Below are positions 1-9,912 of a stretch of 64,000 nt of DNA, piece after piece (positions within the stretch are counted from its first letter, which is position 1; every line of letters starts with the position of its first letter). Both the position numbers and the translations under genes were made by a program. The notes beneath the pieces were generated by a model, which saw only the letters and a list, made by a program, of their open reading frames with translations, was not told where the DNA came from and searched no databases. Origin of the DNA: Patescibacteria group bacterium. GTDB taxonomy: Bacteria; Patescibacteriota; Microgenomatia; Levybacterales; UBA12049. The stretch is taken from NCBI GenBank assembly GCA_026004395.1, contig BPJB01000001.1, positions 713,226 through 777,225 on the forward strand, given 5' to 3'.

Positions 1-354
1 AGCAAAAGACATAGAGAAAAAATCATAAAGTTTACCAAGAGGAAGTCTTCTTCCGTGCGAATAAAAGAAAAGAAAAATCATAGATCCTATAATCCCTCCA
101 ACAAGCGATAATCCAGGAAAATAAGGAAAAAGAAAAAAAACGAGTGGATTTAGAAATGCTGGATCAGGATTCGAGATCACAAATACCAATCTAGCACTGA
201 AAAGACCAACTAAAAGTATCACAAATGCAATATTAAAAAGTGATTCAAGAGTAATATTTTTCCTTACAAGCACAAGATCATCTTTCGCCAACACATGAAG
301 ACCAAAAAAGAATATCACCATACAAACAAACAGTATAATAAATAAAAGTTGCAT
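1..354 (-). CDS. Prolipoprotein diacylglyceryl transferase (Lgt)-like membrane protein, runs off the window edge
   Basis: Manual translation from ATG at 354: MQLLFIILF...GLFSARLVFV...PGLSLVGGIIG...KLYDFFS, matching the Lgt-type ARL and GLS.GG motifs. Confidence 0.6.
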   Translation of the reverse strand, partial: MQLLFIILFVCMVIFFFGLHVLAKDDLVLVRKNITLESLFNIAFVILLVGLFSARLVFVISNPDPAFLNPLVFFLFPYFPGLSLVGGIIGSMIFLFFYSHGRRLPLGKLYDFFSMSFA

Positions 355-362
355 AACTATTA

Positions 363-1631
363 TTAATACTCAAACAGTATCCTTGATGCTCCAATACTTA
401 AAAGAATTATTCCTATTCCAATAATAACTTTATCAACTCCAATAAGATCTGAAAGACCACCGACAACAATAATAGGAAGAAAAGAAAGCACACCTACAAA
501 AGCATTGAGTACTCCATATAATTTTCCTCGAAATTCATCCGATGTCTCCTCTTGAAGAACGGTATTAGAGGGAACAAATACAAATGAATTAGCCAGACCT
601 AGGATAAATGCTAGTAAAATAAGAATGTGTAATGTAGTTACCTCAAACAAACGAGGAAGAAATACATTAATAGACTGAACTATTTGCTTAGATGAAAAAG
701 CTGATCCATAAGGAAGAAGAAACATTGCAAATCCGGAAAGGAATAATCCACCAGTCATGATTTTGTCTTTTGAAAAATGAGAAAAATAATTAACTAAAAT
801 GACAGCACCTACAAATACACCAAAAGCTGCGGGAGCAATAAAATATATTGGAAACTGTTCTATTGGAATTTTTACTACCTGACTAGCATAACCCGGAGCT
901 ATAACAGCAAGTACTAGCAGTAGTATCTGAGCAAGTGCAAGAAGAAAAATTGCATGTGATATTTTGCGAGAGTTTTTTATTTGTGAAAAAGCTATCTTAA
1001 TCTCATTAATTATAGTCTTTCTTGATTCAGAAAATACATTCTTTTTATTATTTTTTTCTTCCGGATGAAAATGTATCCAAGAAATAAATAATGCACCTAA
1101 AAGAAAAAGTACAGCAAGAAAAAGCAGAATATTCTCTGCCCCTAAAAATAAAATAATTGGACCAGAAATAATATATGCCACAAGAATAGATCCATAAAGA
1201 CCAAGACCAAATAAAGCATTTGCAGATAAAAGATATTGCGGTCTCACTACAAGAGGAATCATCGGAGTCTCAGCAGGTATGAAAAATTGTGTCACAACTG
1301 AGATAAGAAAAGATGTTAAATAAACCAAAAATATATTCTGTGAAAAAGTAGCTAATATTATAAGTAGTAGAGCTCTTAATATATTAGTAACCAGAAGAAC
1401 TTTTTTCTTATTCCACCAATCTACGTATACCCCAGCAAGAATGCCAAAAAGAATTGCTGGTATAGTAAAAGAAAGAACTGCCATTGATACAGCAGTATTA
1501 GATTTGGTCAATTCGTACACATGAAGAATGATAAAGAAATTGAAGAGATTAAACGCAATCTGAGTAAACACCTCTCCTACCCACAGTAGGAGAAATGATT
1601 TTTCGCGAAATGCTAAGAATACATTCTTCAT
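363..1631 (-). CDS. MFS transporter
   Basis: About 12 hydrophobic segments; motif-A-like GVYVDWWNKKKVLL; C-terminal LQEETSDEFRGKLYG. Confidence 0.9.
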   Translation of the reverse strand: MKNVFLAFREKSFLLLWVGEVFTQIAFNLFNFFIILHVYELTKSNTAVSMAVLSFTIPAILFGILAGVYVDWWNKKKVLLVTNILRALLLIILATFSQNIFLVYLTSFLISVVTQFFIPAETPMIPLVVRPQYLLSANALFGLGLYGSILVAYIISGPIILFLGAENILLFLAVLFLLGALFISWIHFHPEEKNNKKNVFSESRKTIINEIKIAFSQIKNSRKISHAIFLLALAQILLLVLAVIAPGYASQVVKIPIEQFPIYFIAPAAFGVFVGAVILVNYFSHFSKDKIMTGGLFLSGFAMFLLPYGSAFSSKQIVQSINVFLPRLFEVTTLHILILLAFILGLANSFVFVPSNTVLQEETSDEFRGKLYGVLNAFVGVLSFLPIIVVGGLSDLIGVDKVIIGIGIILLSIGASRILFEY

Positions 1632-1642
1632 TTATGCTTTAT

Positions 1643-2197
1643 TTATGCTTTCTCTGTGTAGCTTCCAGTACGAGTATCAATTCGGATTGCATCTCCGATA
1701 TTGATGAAAAGAGGTACTTTGGTCTTAACCCCATTTTCCAAAATTGCATCCTTAAAAACATTAGTTGCTGAGTTGCCTTTAATTGATGGCCCTGTATCCA
1801 CAACTTTAAATACCATCTTAGGAGGAAGAGTAACAGTTAATGGCTCATCGTTAAGAAAGCTTACGGAAAAGGACTCCCCTTCTTTAAGATATTCATAACC
1901 CGGGATCTTCTTCAACTCTATCTGCACTTGTTCAAATGTCTCAGGATGCATAAAATACGCATAATTATCATCTTTGTAAAGAAATTGCATATCTCGTTTT
2001 ACTACCTGAACATCGTTTACACGCGCTCCGCTTATATAGCTTCTTTCAAGAATAGCTCCAGTTTTAAGGTTTTTCACCTTAACCTTAATATTAGCGCTTC
2101 CTCTACCCATCTTGATATGCTCATAACTTAACACTTGAAAAAGTTGACCATCTTCCTCGTAGGTTGTTCCTGCTCGTAAATCTGTAACTGATATCAT
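1643..2197 (-). CDS. efp: Elongation factor P
   Basis: HIKMGRGSA loop, KGNSATNVFKDAILENG, VPLFINIGD.IRIDTRTGSY. Confidence 0.97.
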   Translation of the reverse strand: MISVTDLRAGTTYEEDGQLFQVLSYEHIKMGRGSANIKVKVKNLKTGAILERSYISGARVNDVQVVKRDMQFLYKDDNYAYFMHPETFEQVQIELKKIPGYEYLKEGESFSVSFLNDEPLTVTLPPKMVFKVVDTGPSIKGNSATNVFKDAILENGVKTKVPLFINIGDAIRIDTRTGSYTEKA

Positions 2198-3708
2198 TGT
2201 TGCCTCCTTTCTAAAAAGTGAAGAACTGTTCTCACCCCAAAACCAGTACCACCTTTGGGACCCAATGCATGAGGTTTAGAAGCAAATGCAGGTCCTGCGA
2301 AATCCAGATGAATCCAAGGAGTGTCTCCAATAAATTCTTGAAGAAAAAGTGCTGCTGTAATTGTACCTGCATACTTAGTACTAGGAATATTGGCAATATC
2401 AGCAACTTCGCTTTTATTAAATTCTTTATAATTTTTCTCAAGAGGCAGCTCCCATACCTTTTCTCCTTCTGCAAACGCAGATGCTTTATATGCTTCCGCA
2501 AGATCACGATCATTGGCAAAAAGACCAGCTATCTCATCTCCCAACGCAAAAATACATGCTCCTGTAAGTGTTGCAAAATCAATAATCTCAGTCGCTCCCT
2601 GTTTGACTGCGTATGAAAGACTATCAGCCATAGTCACTCTACCTTCAGCATCAGTATTGAGTACCTCGATCGTCTTGCCGTTCATAGCCTTTACCACATC
2701 TCCCGGAACAATACCTTTACCAGAAATAAGATTTGGGGTAGCAGCAATAATCCCCATTACTGGAAATTGCGGTTTGATCTCTGAGATAACTGAAAAGACT
2801 GCAAGTACCGTTGCCGCACCTGCCATATCCATTTTCATATCCTGCATATGTTCTCCTGGTTTAACATTTATTCCTCCACTATCAAATGTAATTCCTTTCC
2901 CAACAAGAGCGAGCTTTTTCTTTTTTGTTCCTCTTCTTGGTTTATACTCAAGAAAAATAAATTTCGGAGGTGTCTCTGCTGCACGCGCAATACCTAAAAA
3001 AGCTTCCATACCAAGTTTCTCAGCTTGCTCTTTACCAAATATTTTGCAAGTGATCTCTGGTGAAGCTTTAGCTATATTCTTTGCTATATTCGCAAGATAG
3101 GTAGGAGTAACTACTGCAGACTGCTCATTTACCAAATCTCGAGCCAATATTGTTGCTCGTGCATAAAGCTCAGCTTTTTTAATTATTTTTTTGATATCCT
3201 GAATAACTATAGTACCATTTGCTCTAATAATAGCTGTATCAAATTTACGCTCTGGTTTTTTATTGGTTTTATATTTTGAAAATTCATAACTCCCAAGTAA
3301 TAAGGACTCAACAGCAGCATGCAACATTGTTTCAAATGTGATTTCTGTCTCATCAGGAAGAGAAAAGGAAGCAGAATCAATCTTATTTTTATAAGACATC
3401 GCAAATTTACCAATAACACTTCGAAGATCGCTCAAAACAAACTCAGATTTTTTACCCAACCCTATCACAACTACACGTGTAGGCACGATAAGACCATTAG
3501 TAAAGAATGTCACCATTTCTCCCTTCTCACCACTAAACATCTCTGTTTTACATACCTTTGTAAGTTTACCTTTTAAAGCTTCATCAAGAAGTGAAAATCC
3601 AGAAGTGGTTAAAAATTTTGGCTTCTCTTGATCATCTTGAAAGGCAAATACCACTGCAATATCAGAGGAAATTTTATCTGGAAGATTATGGGAGATCTCA
3701 AAATTCAT
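2194..3708 (-). CDS. pepA: Leucyl aminopeptidase (M17)
   Basis: VGKGITFDSGG, MKMDMAGAA, NTDAEGR motifs; start moved to ATG 3708 because the longer ORF overlaps the tRNA. Confidence 0.95.
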   Translation of the reverse strand: MNFEISHNLPDKISSDIAVVFAFQDDQEKPKFLTTSGFSLLDEALKGKLTKVCKTEMFSGEKGEMVTFFTNGLIVPTRVVVIGLGKKSEFVLSDLRSVIGKFAMSYKNKIDSASFSLPDETEITFETMLHAAVESLLLGSYEFSKYKTNKKPERKFDTAIIRANGTIVIQDIKKIIKKAELYARATILARDLVNEQSAVVTPTYLANIAKNIAKASPEITCKIFGKEQAEKLGMEAFLGIARAAETPPKFIFLEYKPRRGTKKKKLALVGKGITFDSGGINVKPGEHMQDMKMDMAGAATVLAVFSVISEIKPQFPVMGIIAATPNLISGKGIVPGDVVKAMNGKTIEVLNTDAEGRVTMADSLSYAVKQGATEIIDFATLTGACIFALGDEIAGLFANDRDLAEAYKASAFAEGEKVWELPLEKNYKEFNKSEVADIANIPSTKYAGTITAALFLQEFIGDTPWIHLDFAGPAFASKPHALGPKGGTGFGVRTVLHFLERRQQ

Positions 3709-3774
3709 AGTTAATATTGTAACACTAGATAAAGAAAAAATAAAGCTATTCATGCTATAATATTGATAATTCTT

Positions 3775-3858
3775 GGCCGAGTGGCGGAATTGGCAGACGC
3801 GCACGCCTCAAGAGCGTGTGATCGCAAGATCATGTGGGTTCGATCCCCTCCTCGGCTA
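3775..3858 (+). tRNA. tRNA-Leu(CAA)
   Basis: Acceptor GGCCGAG/CTCGGCT, anticodon stem CACGC/GCGTG with loop CTCAAGA, long variable arm, GGTTCGATCCC T-loop; CCA not encoded. Confidence 0.95.
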
Positions 3859-4030
3859 CATATAATAAATCTTAATGAAGAAATAAAAGATAATATTTGG
3901 TACCAACAACTAGTGTGATAGATTATTTTAATCGTAGTAAAAGAAATTAAAAAAAGTTAATAAACTTACTACTGCAACATACATTATTAGAATTTTAAGC
4001 AAATTTATAAGCAATAAAAAATAGAATAAG

Positions 4031-4726
4031 TTGACTCAAGCAAGCATCAATATGCCATCTTATGAAATTGATCGCCGTAACTTCTTAAAATCTGTTGGGA
4101 AAGGTACTCTTTTTCTGACAACCAGCAGCGCTATTTTTATCAGACAATCTAATGCTTTGAAAGAATCTCGAATAGAATCATCTCTTAACGAATATTGGGA
4201 TGAAAATGACTCTAATAATATTTCTTTAGATAAGTACTTTTTAAATGAAGCAATACAAGATATTCAAAAAAGAGGTTATTATCAAGAGATTTTTTCTGAA
4301 AAAGACTTAGAAAAACTGCTGCAAGTTACAGCTGAAAAAGAACTTTCTGAGAAAAGCTTTTCTACAGCAACTCTTGCTTCTAAGCAAATACAAATTTCTG
4401 AAAATTCAGCAAGGATTAAAGGGTCAATTCATATACCTCTGGGAAAGATTAAGTTTGCAATTGAATTTACTCAAGAGCAAGAAAAAGAACCAACTATTTC
4501 ATTATTGGAGATAGCAGGAAGTAATTTTTTGGTTGAGAGACTTCTTCAAGAAACAAACGCTCTTGGTATTGCAGAAGAAAAACTTACTCATCCTTACCAA
4601 ACTATTCAACAATATTTAAATGAACGCTCAGAGTTAAAGGGAATGCTTATTACTAATGTAGCACTTGAATTTATGCCAAATAAAATAAAAATTCATATTC
4701 GAGGATCACAATCTCAATCACTATAA
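4031..4726 (+). CDS. Hypothetical exported protein with twin-arginine-like N-terminus
   Basis: IDRRNFLKSVG followed by a hydrophobic stretch; true start may be the ATG at 4052. Confidence 0.7.
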   Translation: MTQASINMPSYEIDRRNFLKSVGKGTLFLTTSSAIFIRQSNALKESRIESSLNEYWDENDSNNISLDKYFLNEAIQDIQKRGYYQEIFSEKDLEKLLQVTAEKELSEKSFSTATLASKQIQISENSARIKGSIHIPLGKIKFAIEFTQEQEKEPTISLLEIAGSNFLVERLLQETNALGIAEEKLTHPYQTIQQYLNERSELKGMLITNVALEFMPNKIKIHIRGSQSQSL

Positions 4727-5296
4727 TACTTGGATATTAAACTTTTTTAGCTCTTCAACGAGTACTGATAGTGGTAAACCAACAATATTGAAGTAATCAC
4801 CTTCAATCTTCTCAATCAATACTGCACCCAAACTTTGTATTTTATATCCTCCTGCATGATCTAAAGGTTGGTCCTTTAAAACATAGTTTTCAATCTCGTC
4901 TTCTGTACATTTCTTAAAAAAAACATCAGAGGTAACCACTCGTGTTACTGATCTTTTTGTGAAGGTATCAATAATTGTAAAAGCAGTAATAACACTATGT
5001 TTTCCTCCATTTAAAGTTTTAAGCATTTTAATTGCTACATCTGATGTGTGTGGTTTGCCGAAAATCTGATTATCTTTTACAATTACCTGATCAGCCGAAA
5101 TGATAATTGCATCTTTATACTTTTTGGCTACATTTTCTCCTTTCTTCTTAGACAATAGCTTTACAAGTTCTACTGGATCGCTAGTTAGAGAATGATCCTC
5201 CTCATAAGTGCTGGAGACAACCTCAAACTGTAGTCCCGTGATTGCTAAAATGAGTTTTCTTTGTAAAGAAGAAGATGCGAGGATAATTTTTTTCAT
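4721..5296 (-). CDS. maf: Maf family nucleotide pyrophosphatase
   Basis: IILASSS, IISADQ, IFGKP, AGGYKIQ, IEGDYFNIVGLP. Confidence 0.93.
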   Translation of the reverse strand: MKKIILASSSLQRKLILAITGLQFEVVSSTYEEDHSLTSDPVELVKLLSKKKGENVAKKYKDAIIISADQVIVKDNQIFGKPHTSDVAIKMLKTLNGGKHSVITAFTIIDTFTKRSVTRVVTSDVFFKKCTEDEIENYVLKDQPLDHAGGYKIQSLGAVLIEKIEGDYFNIVGLPLSVLVEELKKFNIQVL

Positions 5297-6114
5297 TTTT
5301 TTTCTGATTTGGAAAGTATGACTTTATCTGTTAAAATCTCAAGAACAAAAATAATAAATATATAACTCACGTACATAACAATTTCAAGAAATGTTGGCTT
5401 TGCCGTATAGCCGAAAAGTGTTCTTAAGATACTACCAAATACACTTGTGTTATCTAAAATATGAGATATATCTATTAATGGATCGAAATGAAAAACAGGC
5501 AACATCCCTGCTTCCTGAAATTCATGAACTCCGTGTGCAACCAATCCAGCTGCAAAAAGTAAGAGAATTGCACCTGAAATCTTCAATACACTCTGTAAGT
5601 TAATCTTCAAACTAAATTTGAATAAAAAATAAATCAATAAAATCGCACTCACTATTCCTACTAGAGAACCTATAGTTTGATTTGTCGCACCAAGAGAACT
5701 AATCGCCTGCAAATAAAAGACAGTCTCAATACCCTCTCTCATCACTGATGTAAAAACAAGAAAACTTATTCCTAGAGGAAACCCTCGTTTAATATACTCT
5801 CCTGTTCCTTTTTCAAGTTTTTTGGCAATTCCTTTTTGTCTATGGATCCAAAGAATCATGGTTGTCAAAAGGATTGAAGTAACAAACATCAGAATCCCTT
5901 CAAAAATTTGTTTCAGTCTTCCTTCTAATCCACCAAAAAATATCTGAAGCAGAACTGCAATAATTACTGAAGCGACTATCCCACCCCCTACCCCATACCA
6001 AACATATTTTTGGAGACTTTGTCTTGCGGTTCTAGTAAGAAACGCAAGGATAATACCAACAACAAGTGCCGCTTCCAAAGTTTCACGAAAGGTAACCAAA
6101 TTCGAGGCAAGCAT
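5293..6114 (-). CDS. FTR1 family iron permease
   Basis: Two RExxE motifs (RETLE, REGIE); GVHEFQEAG. Confidence 0.93.
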   Translation of the reverse strand: MLASNLVTFRETLEAALVVGIILAFLTRTARQSLQKYVWYGVGGGIVASVIIAVLLQIFFGGLEGRLKQIFEGILMFVTSILLTTMILWIHRQKGIAKKLEKGTGEYIKRGFPLGISFLVFTSVMREGIETVFYLQAISSLGATNQTIGSLVGIVSAILLIYFLFKFSLKINLQSVLKISGAILLLFAAGLVAHGVHEFQEAGMLPVFHFDPLIDISHILDNTSVFGSILRTLFGYTAKPTFLEIVMYVSYIFIIFVLEILTDKVILSKSEKK

Positions 6115-6137
6115 TAAATCTTTTTTATCCTAATAAA

Positions 6138-6170
6138 ATGGAACGAACACTGTCAAGGTGTTCGTTCCAT
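6138..6170 (-). terminator. Intrinsic terminator-like hairpin
   Basis: Perfect 13-bp stem ATGGAACGAACAC/GTGTTCGTTCCAT, 7-nt loop, short T run on the minus strand, just after the 6195..6533 gene. Confidence 0.7.
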
Positions 6171-6194
6171 CTAAAAAGCTCAATAATTTGATTA

Positions 6195-6533
6195 TTAAGC
6201 CATCGGTGGTAAATTGGTACCACCTTGATTTCCCTGATTTCCTCCTTCTTCTGTTTCTAGTTGTCCTACAGGATTAGACGAGGGCATTGTTGCAGAACCT
6301 GAAGGATCTGTTTGTACCTCTGATGCAGGTGGTACTGAAGATGTTGGACCCTGCATCGGCGGCGTCTGAGAAGGAGTTTGAGGTGGGACATTTACATTTG
6401 GTGCTACTGGAGGAGGTGTCTGAGGCACATTAACCTCTCCCCCTGGGGTAACAGGTTGGTTGGGAGTAGCTGGCTGTTGTATTCCCACTCCTCCTGGAGT
6501 ATTAATCGGATTTTGATTGTTATTGTTGTCCAT
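6195..6533 (-). CDS. Low-complexity Pro/Gln/Asn-rich hypothetical protein
   Basis: ORF with a strong SD (AGGAGGTG) and a downstream hairpin. Confidence 0.75.
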   Translation of the reverse strand: MDNNNNQNPINTPGGVGIQQPATPNQPVTPGGEVNVPQTPPPVAPNVNVPPQTPSQTPPMQGPTSSVPPASEVQTDPSGSATMPSSNPVGQLETEEGGNQGNQGGTNLPPMA

Positions 6534-6594
6534 TTATTCACCTCCTTTCTTCAATCCATAAAATTGATTTCTATTTAATTGTTTGATAAAAAAT

Positions 6595-7926
6595 TTATGT
6601 TTCTCTATGTGTTTTCTCAACATTATAAAAGCGTATCCTATCTCCACGGAAAAGTAAATCTATCTCACCAGTTGGTCCATTTCTGTGTTTAGCAATTAGC
6701 AATTTTGTCGGAATAGCGTGTTTTGATACATCGAGATCAACATCTGGTCTATATAAAAACATCACTACATCAGCATCTTGTTCGATTGCACCAGATTCAC
6801 GTAAATCCGCAAGTTGGGGTCTTTTCTCTCCCCTATGTTCGACAGCACGAGAAAGTTGAGATGCAGAAAGCACTGGAACGTTGAGTTCACGTGCAAGATT
6901 TTTGAGTGCCTGTGACACGATAGAGACCTCTTGAACACGATTTTCAACTTTTCGACCTGGATCAACAAGTTGCAAATAATCAACAATAATCAAACCGATA
7001 TTATGTTCCATATGCAATCTCCGAGCTTTGCTTCTCATCTCAGCAATATTAAGACCAGGTGTATCATCAATAAAAATTGGAGCTTCAGCCAGCTGTCCCA
7101 TCGCCTCTGAAAGTCTGACAAAGTCATCTTCTGAAAGATTACCTGTCTTAAGTCTCCATGCATCAACATCTGCCTGAGCAACAAGAAAACGATCTACCAA
7201 TTCCTCTTTACTCATCTCTAAGGAAAAAATTGCGACTGGTCTTTTTTCAACAGTAGCAATATACTGAGCAATATTTAGGGTAATAGCGGTCTTCCCCTGT
7301 CCAGGACGAGCTGCAAGAATTATAAGATTAGATCGTTGTAGTCCTGAAAGCAACCGATCAAGATCAGTAAATCCGGTTTTAATACCTCGAAGTCTATCTC
7401 CTCCTCTATGAAGCTCATCAATCCTATCGAAACTTTCAGCAAGTGTCTCTTTAATGGCAATAAAACCTCTGGTGATATTTCCTTGTGATATAGAAAAAAT
7501 TTCTGATTCTGCTTTATCTAATACTTCTTTTACTTCTTTCTCTTCATCATATCCCATCTCTGCAATTGTCGTACCCACATGAATTAATGCGCGTTTGGTA
7601 GCTGTCTCTTTCACAATTTGCGCATAATACTCGACATTCGCTGCTGTTGGGACACTATCAATAAGTTCTGTAATATAGTTAGTGTCAATAACTTTCTCTT
7701 TTTTCTTTTTCTTAAGATATGCACTTACAGTAAGAAGATCAATTGGCTTTCTCTCCTCATACAATGCAAGCATAGCCTCATAAATGGTTGAATGCAGATC
7801 ATTATAAAAGGATTCCGGTGAGAGGATTTCTGACACTACGGAAATTGCATCCTTATCAATAAAAATTGCTCCTAATACACTTTTTTCTGCTTCTTCATTA
7901 TGAGGAAGGACTTTTAGAGTTGCCAT
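6595..7926 (-). CDS. dnaB: Replicative DNA helicase
   Basis: PHNEEAEKSVLG, AARPGQGKT Walker A, IIVDYLQL, DLRESGAIEQDAD, KHRNGPTG. Confidence 0.98.
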   Translation of the reverse strand: MATLKVLPHNEEAEKSVLGAIFIDKDAISVVSEILSPESFYNDLHSTIYEAMLALYEERKPIDLLTVSAYLKKKKKEKVIDTNYITELIDSVPTAANVEYYAQIVKETATKRALIHVGTTIAEMGYDEEKEVKEVLDKAESEIFSISQGNITRGFIAIKETLAESFDRIDELHRGGDRLRGIKTGFTDLDRLLSGLQRSNLIILAARPGQGKTAITLNIAQYIATVEKRPVAIFSLEMSKEELVDRFLVAQADVDAWRLKTGNLSEDDFVRLSEAMGQLAEAPIFIDDTPGLNIAEMRSKARRLHMEHNIGLIIVDYLQLVDPGRKVENRVQEVSIVSQALKNLARELNVPVLSASQLSRAVEHRGEKRPQLADLRESGAIEQDADVVMFLYRPDVDLDVSKHAIPTKLLIAKHRNGPTGEIDLLFRGDRIRFYNVEKTHRET

Positions 7927-8004
7927 AATTATTTAATTTCTTGTTGCACAATTGCAAAAAGTTTTTAACAATTTCGAATTTGTGATGTCTTTTGTAACTA
8001 ATAT

Positions 8005-8520
8005 CTAAACAAGTAAGATAGTCTCTGTCTCTGGCGGGAGTTTCTCAGAACTAATTTGGTAGCGGGATGTTTCTTTTTTCTCTTCTTTTGCAAGTTGGTC
8101 AATAAGAGATCTGGCATTGGCGCCATAGAAAAGCAAAGCGTTGGTAGCAAGAGATGTTGCGAAAGACGCATCTTGCTCCTCAGATGCATAGATCAATGCT
8201 ATATGATGTTCTTTTATTTTTTGATGTACTTTCTCAAGTGCAGTAACCTCTCCAAGTATTAAATCAAGACCATCCAGAGTAATACTATAAACGGTAGCAT
8301 CATTTGCTTTAATACCTGTAATTTTAATACCTCCTGCTTCATACTCTCCTGGACCATCAATTATTACAACATCTTCTCTTATTTTTAATCGAGACTTATC
8401 AGGATTGCCGATTAAGATTACAGCATTATATGCTGATGTCTTATCCTGGGGATTGATATAGAAAGCTGATTGCTTTCCTCGAATTTTTAATGAATTTACA
8501 CCTTGAACTGAAATTTCCAT
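8005..8520 (-). CDS. Degenerate MBL-fold (Lactamase_B_3-like) protein
   Basis: IIDGPGEYEAGGIKITGI signature; no HxHxDH metal motif. Confidence 0.7.
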   Translation of the reverse strand: MEISVQGVNSLKIRGKQSAFYINPQDKTSAYNAVILIGNPDKSRLKIREDVVIIDGPGEYEAGGIKITGIKANDATVYSITLDGLDLILGEVTALEKVHQKIKEHHIALIYASEEQDASFATSLATNALLFYGANARSLIDQLAKEEKKETSRYQISSEKLPPETETILLV

Positions 8521-8670
8521 CAATTCATCCTATCATAGGATAATGTTTCTGTCTAGAGCTATAAACGTTAATTTTCAAAAAGAAAATTTCTTGACATTAA
8601 AAGCTATTTGGCTTATTATCAGACGTACAAATTGTTAAAGATTGTTAAGGAAGAAGAGATAAACTGCATC

Positions 8671-9099
8671 ATGAAGGCAGAAAAAATTATTCTTTCATTT
8701 ATAGCTGTTCTTATCGGACTTTTAGTTGCGGGAGGCTCTTTTTATATTTACCAACTTACCAAAGAGGTTCCTCCGGAGAAAACAACTGCTATTACTATTC
8801 AGACTCCACCCTCACCTACACCCGAACTAAATCATTATCTTAAAATTAACACTCCCAAGGATGAAGAAATTGTTAATAAAAAGATAATTACTATCTCAGG
8901 ATCAACACTTCCGAACTCAACTATTATTGTCAGTTCTGAAAATGAAGATCAAGTAGTCAAACCAACTAAAAATGGCGATTTTTCTATCACTCATACAATT
9001 GGAGATGATACTAATATTATCTATATCACTGCTATTTTCCCAAATGGAGAAGAGCAAACAGTGACAAGAACAGTAAGCTTTACCACTGAGGAGTTTTAG
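8671..9099 (+). CDS. Membrane-anchored protein with C-terminal Ig-like domain
   Basis: N-terminal TM, PSPTP linker, ITISGST...NGDFS...I.ITA; start at ATG 8671. Confidence 0.75.
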   Translation: MKAEKIILSFIAVLIGLLVAGGSFYIYQLTKEVPPEKTTAITIQTPPSPTPELNHYLKINTPKDEEIVNKKIITISGSTLPNSTIIVSSENEDQVVKPTKNGDFSITHTIGDDTNIIYITAIFPNGEEQTVTRTVSFTTEEF

Positions 9100-9873
9100 A
9101 TGAAAAATTTTGTAATTTTAATTATCATTGGAATACTTTTTATTGGAAGGATTTATCCTGCCCTAGCAGTTACTCCCACATCTTTTTCTGCACAACCAAC
9201 ATCAGAATCTACAGTTGAAAATCTTTCTTCACAGATAAACAAACTAAAAGAGAAAATTGCTACCCGCGTTGCACAACTAAAATTAGTAGAAAAAAGAGGA
9301 ATTGTTGGTACTGTACAAGAAATAAATGGGATGGTAATTACTTTATCAGACGTAAATAATAAAATAAGAATAGTTGATGTTGATGAGATTACTAAATTTT
9401 CTTCTAACAGCAAAGAATCTTTTGGCATATCAGATATTAAAAGAGGCGATAAACTAAGCGTTATTGGTCTTTACAATAAGGATTCTCAACGCATACTTGC
9501 ACGCTTCATTACCAAAACAACCATTCCTGTTTTTATTAGCGGAACCTTAAGCAACAGAAATAATGAAGATTTTACAATTACTGTTGTGACAGGAGATCTC
9601 AAACGTTACCTTGTAGATATAGAAAAAGTGACCAAAACGAATGTATTCACTGGAGACCAAACTGAACGTTCTGGATTCTCAAAACTCTCAGTTGGAGAGC
9701 GTATAGTAGTTATCGGATATCCTCATATTAATGAAAGAAATCGTATCGTAGCAACAAGAGTCATTCACTTTCCCACTCTTCCCAAAAATCCCAAAATAGT
9801 AATTCCTGAAAACTCATCTGATGAGACAGTACCTTCAACTGGAAGCGGCAAAAAACTGACACCTATACGTTGA
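9100..9873 (+). CDS. Secreted protein with two repeated beta domains (DUF5666-like)
   Basis: Signal peptide, coiled coil, and two similar units (DIKRGDKLSVIG / KLSVGERIVVIG). Confidence 0.7.
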   Translation: MKNFVILIIIGILFIGRIYPALAVTPTSFSAQPTSESTVENLSSQINKLKEKIATRVAQLKLVEKRGIVGTVQEINGMVITLSDVNNKIRIVDVDEITKFSSNSKESFGISDIKRGDKLSVIGLYNKDSQRILARFITKTTIPVFISGTLSNRNNEDFTITVVTGDLKRYLVDIEKVTKTNVFTGDQTERSGFSKLSVGERIVVIGYPHINERNRIVATRVIHFPTLPKNPKIVIPENSSDETVPSTGSGKKLTPIR

Positions 9874-9912
9874 TCTAAGACTAATTATTAAAACATAAAT
9901 AACCTCACATCT

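Noticed and set aside
3709-3804. N-terminal extension of the pepA ORF
   Set aside because: It overlaps the antisense of tRNA-Leu; ATG 3708 has its own -10 box.
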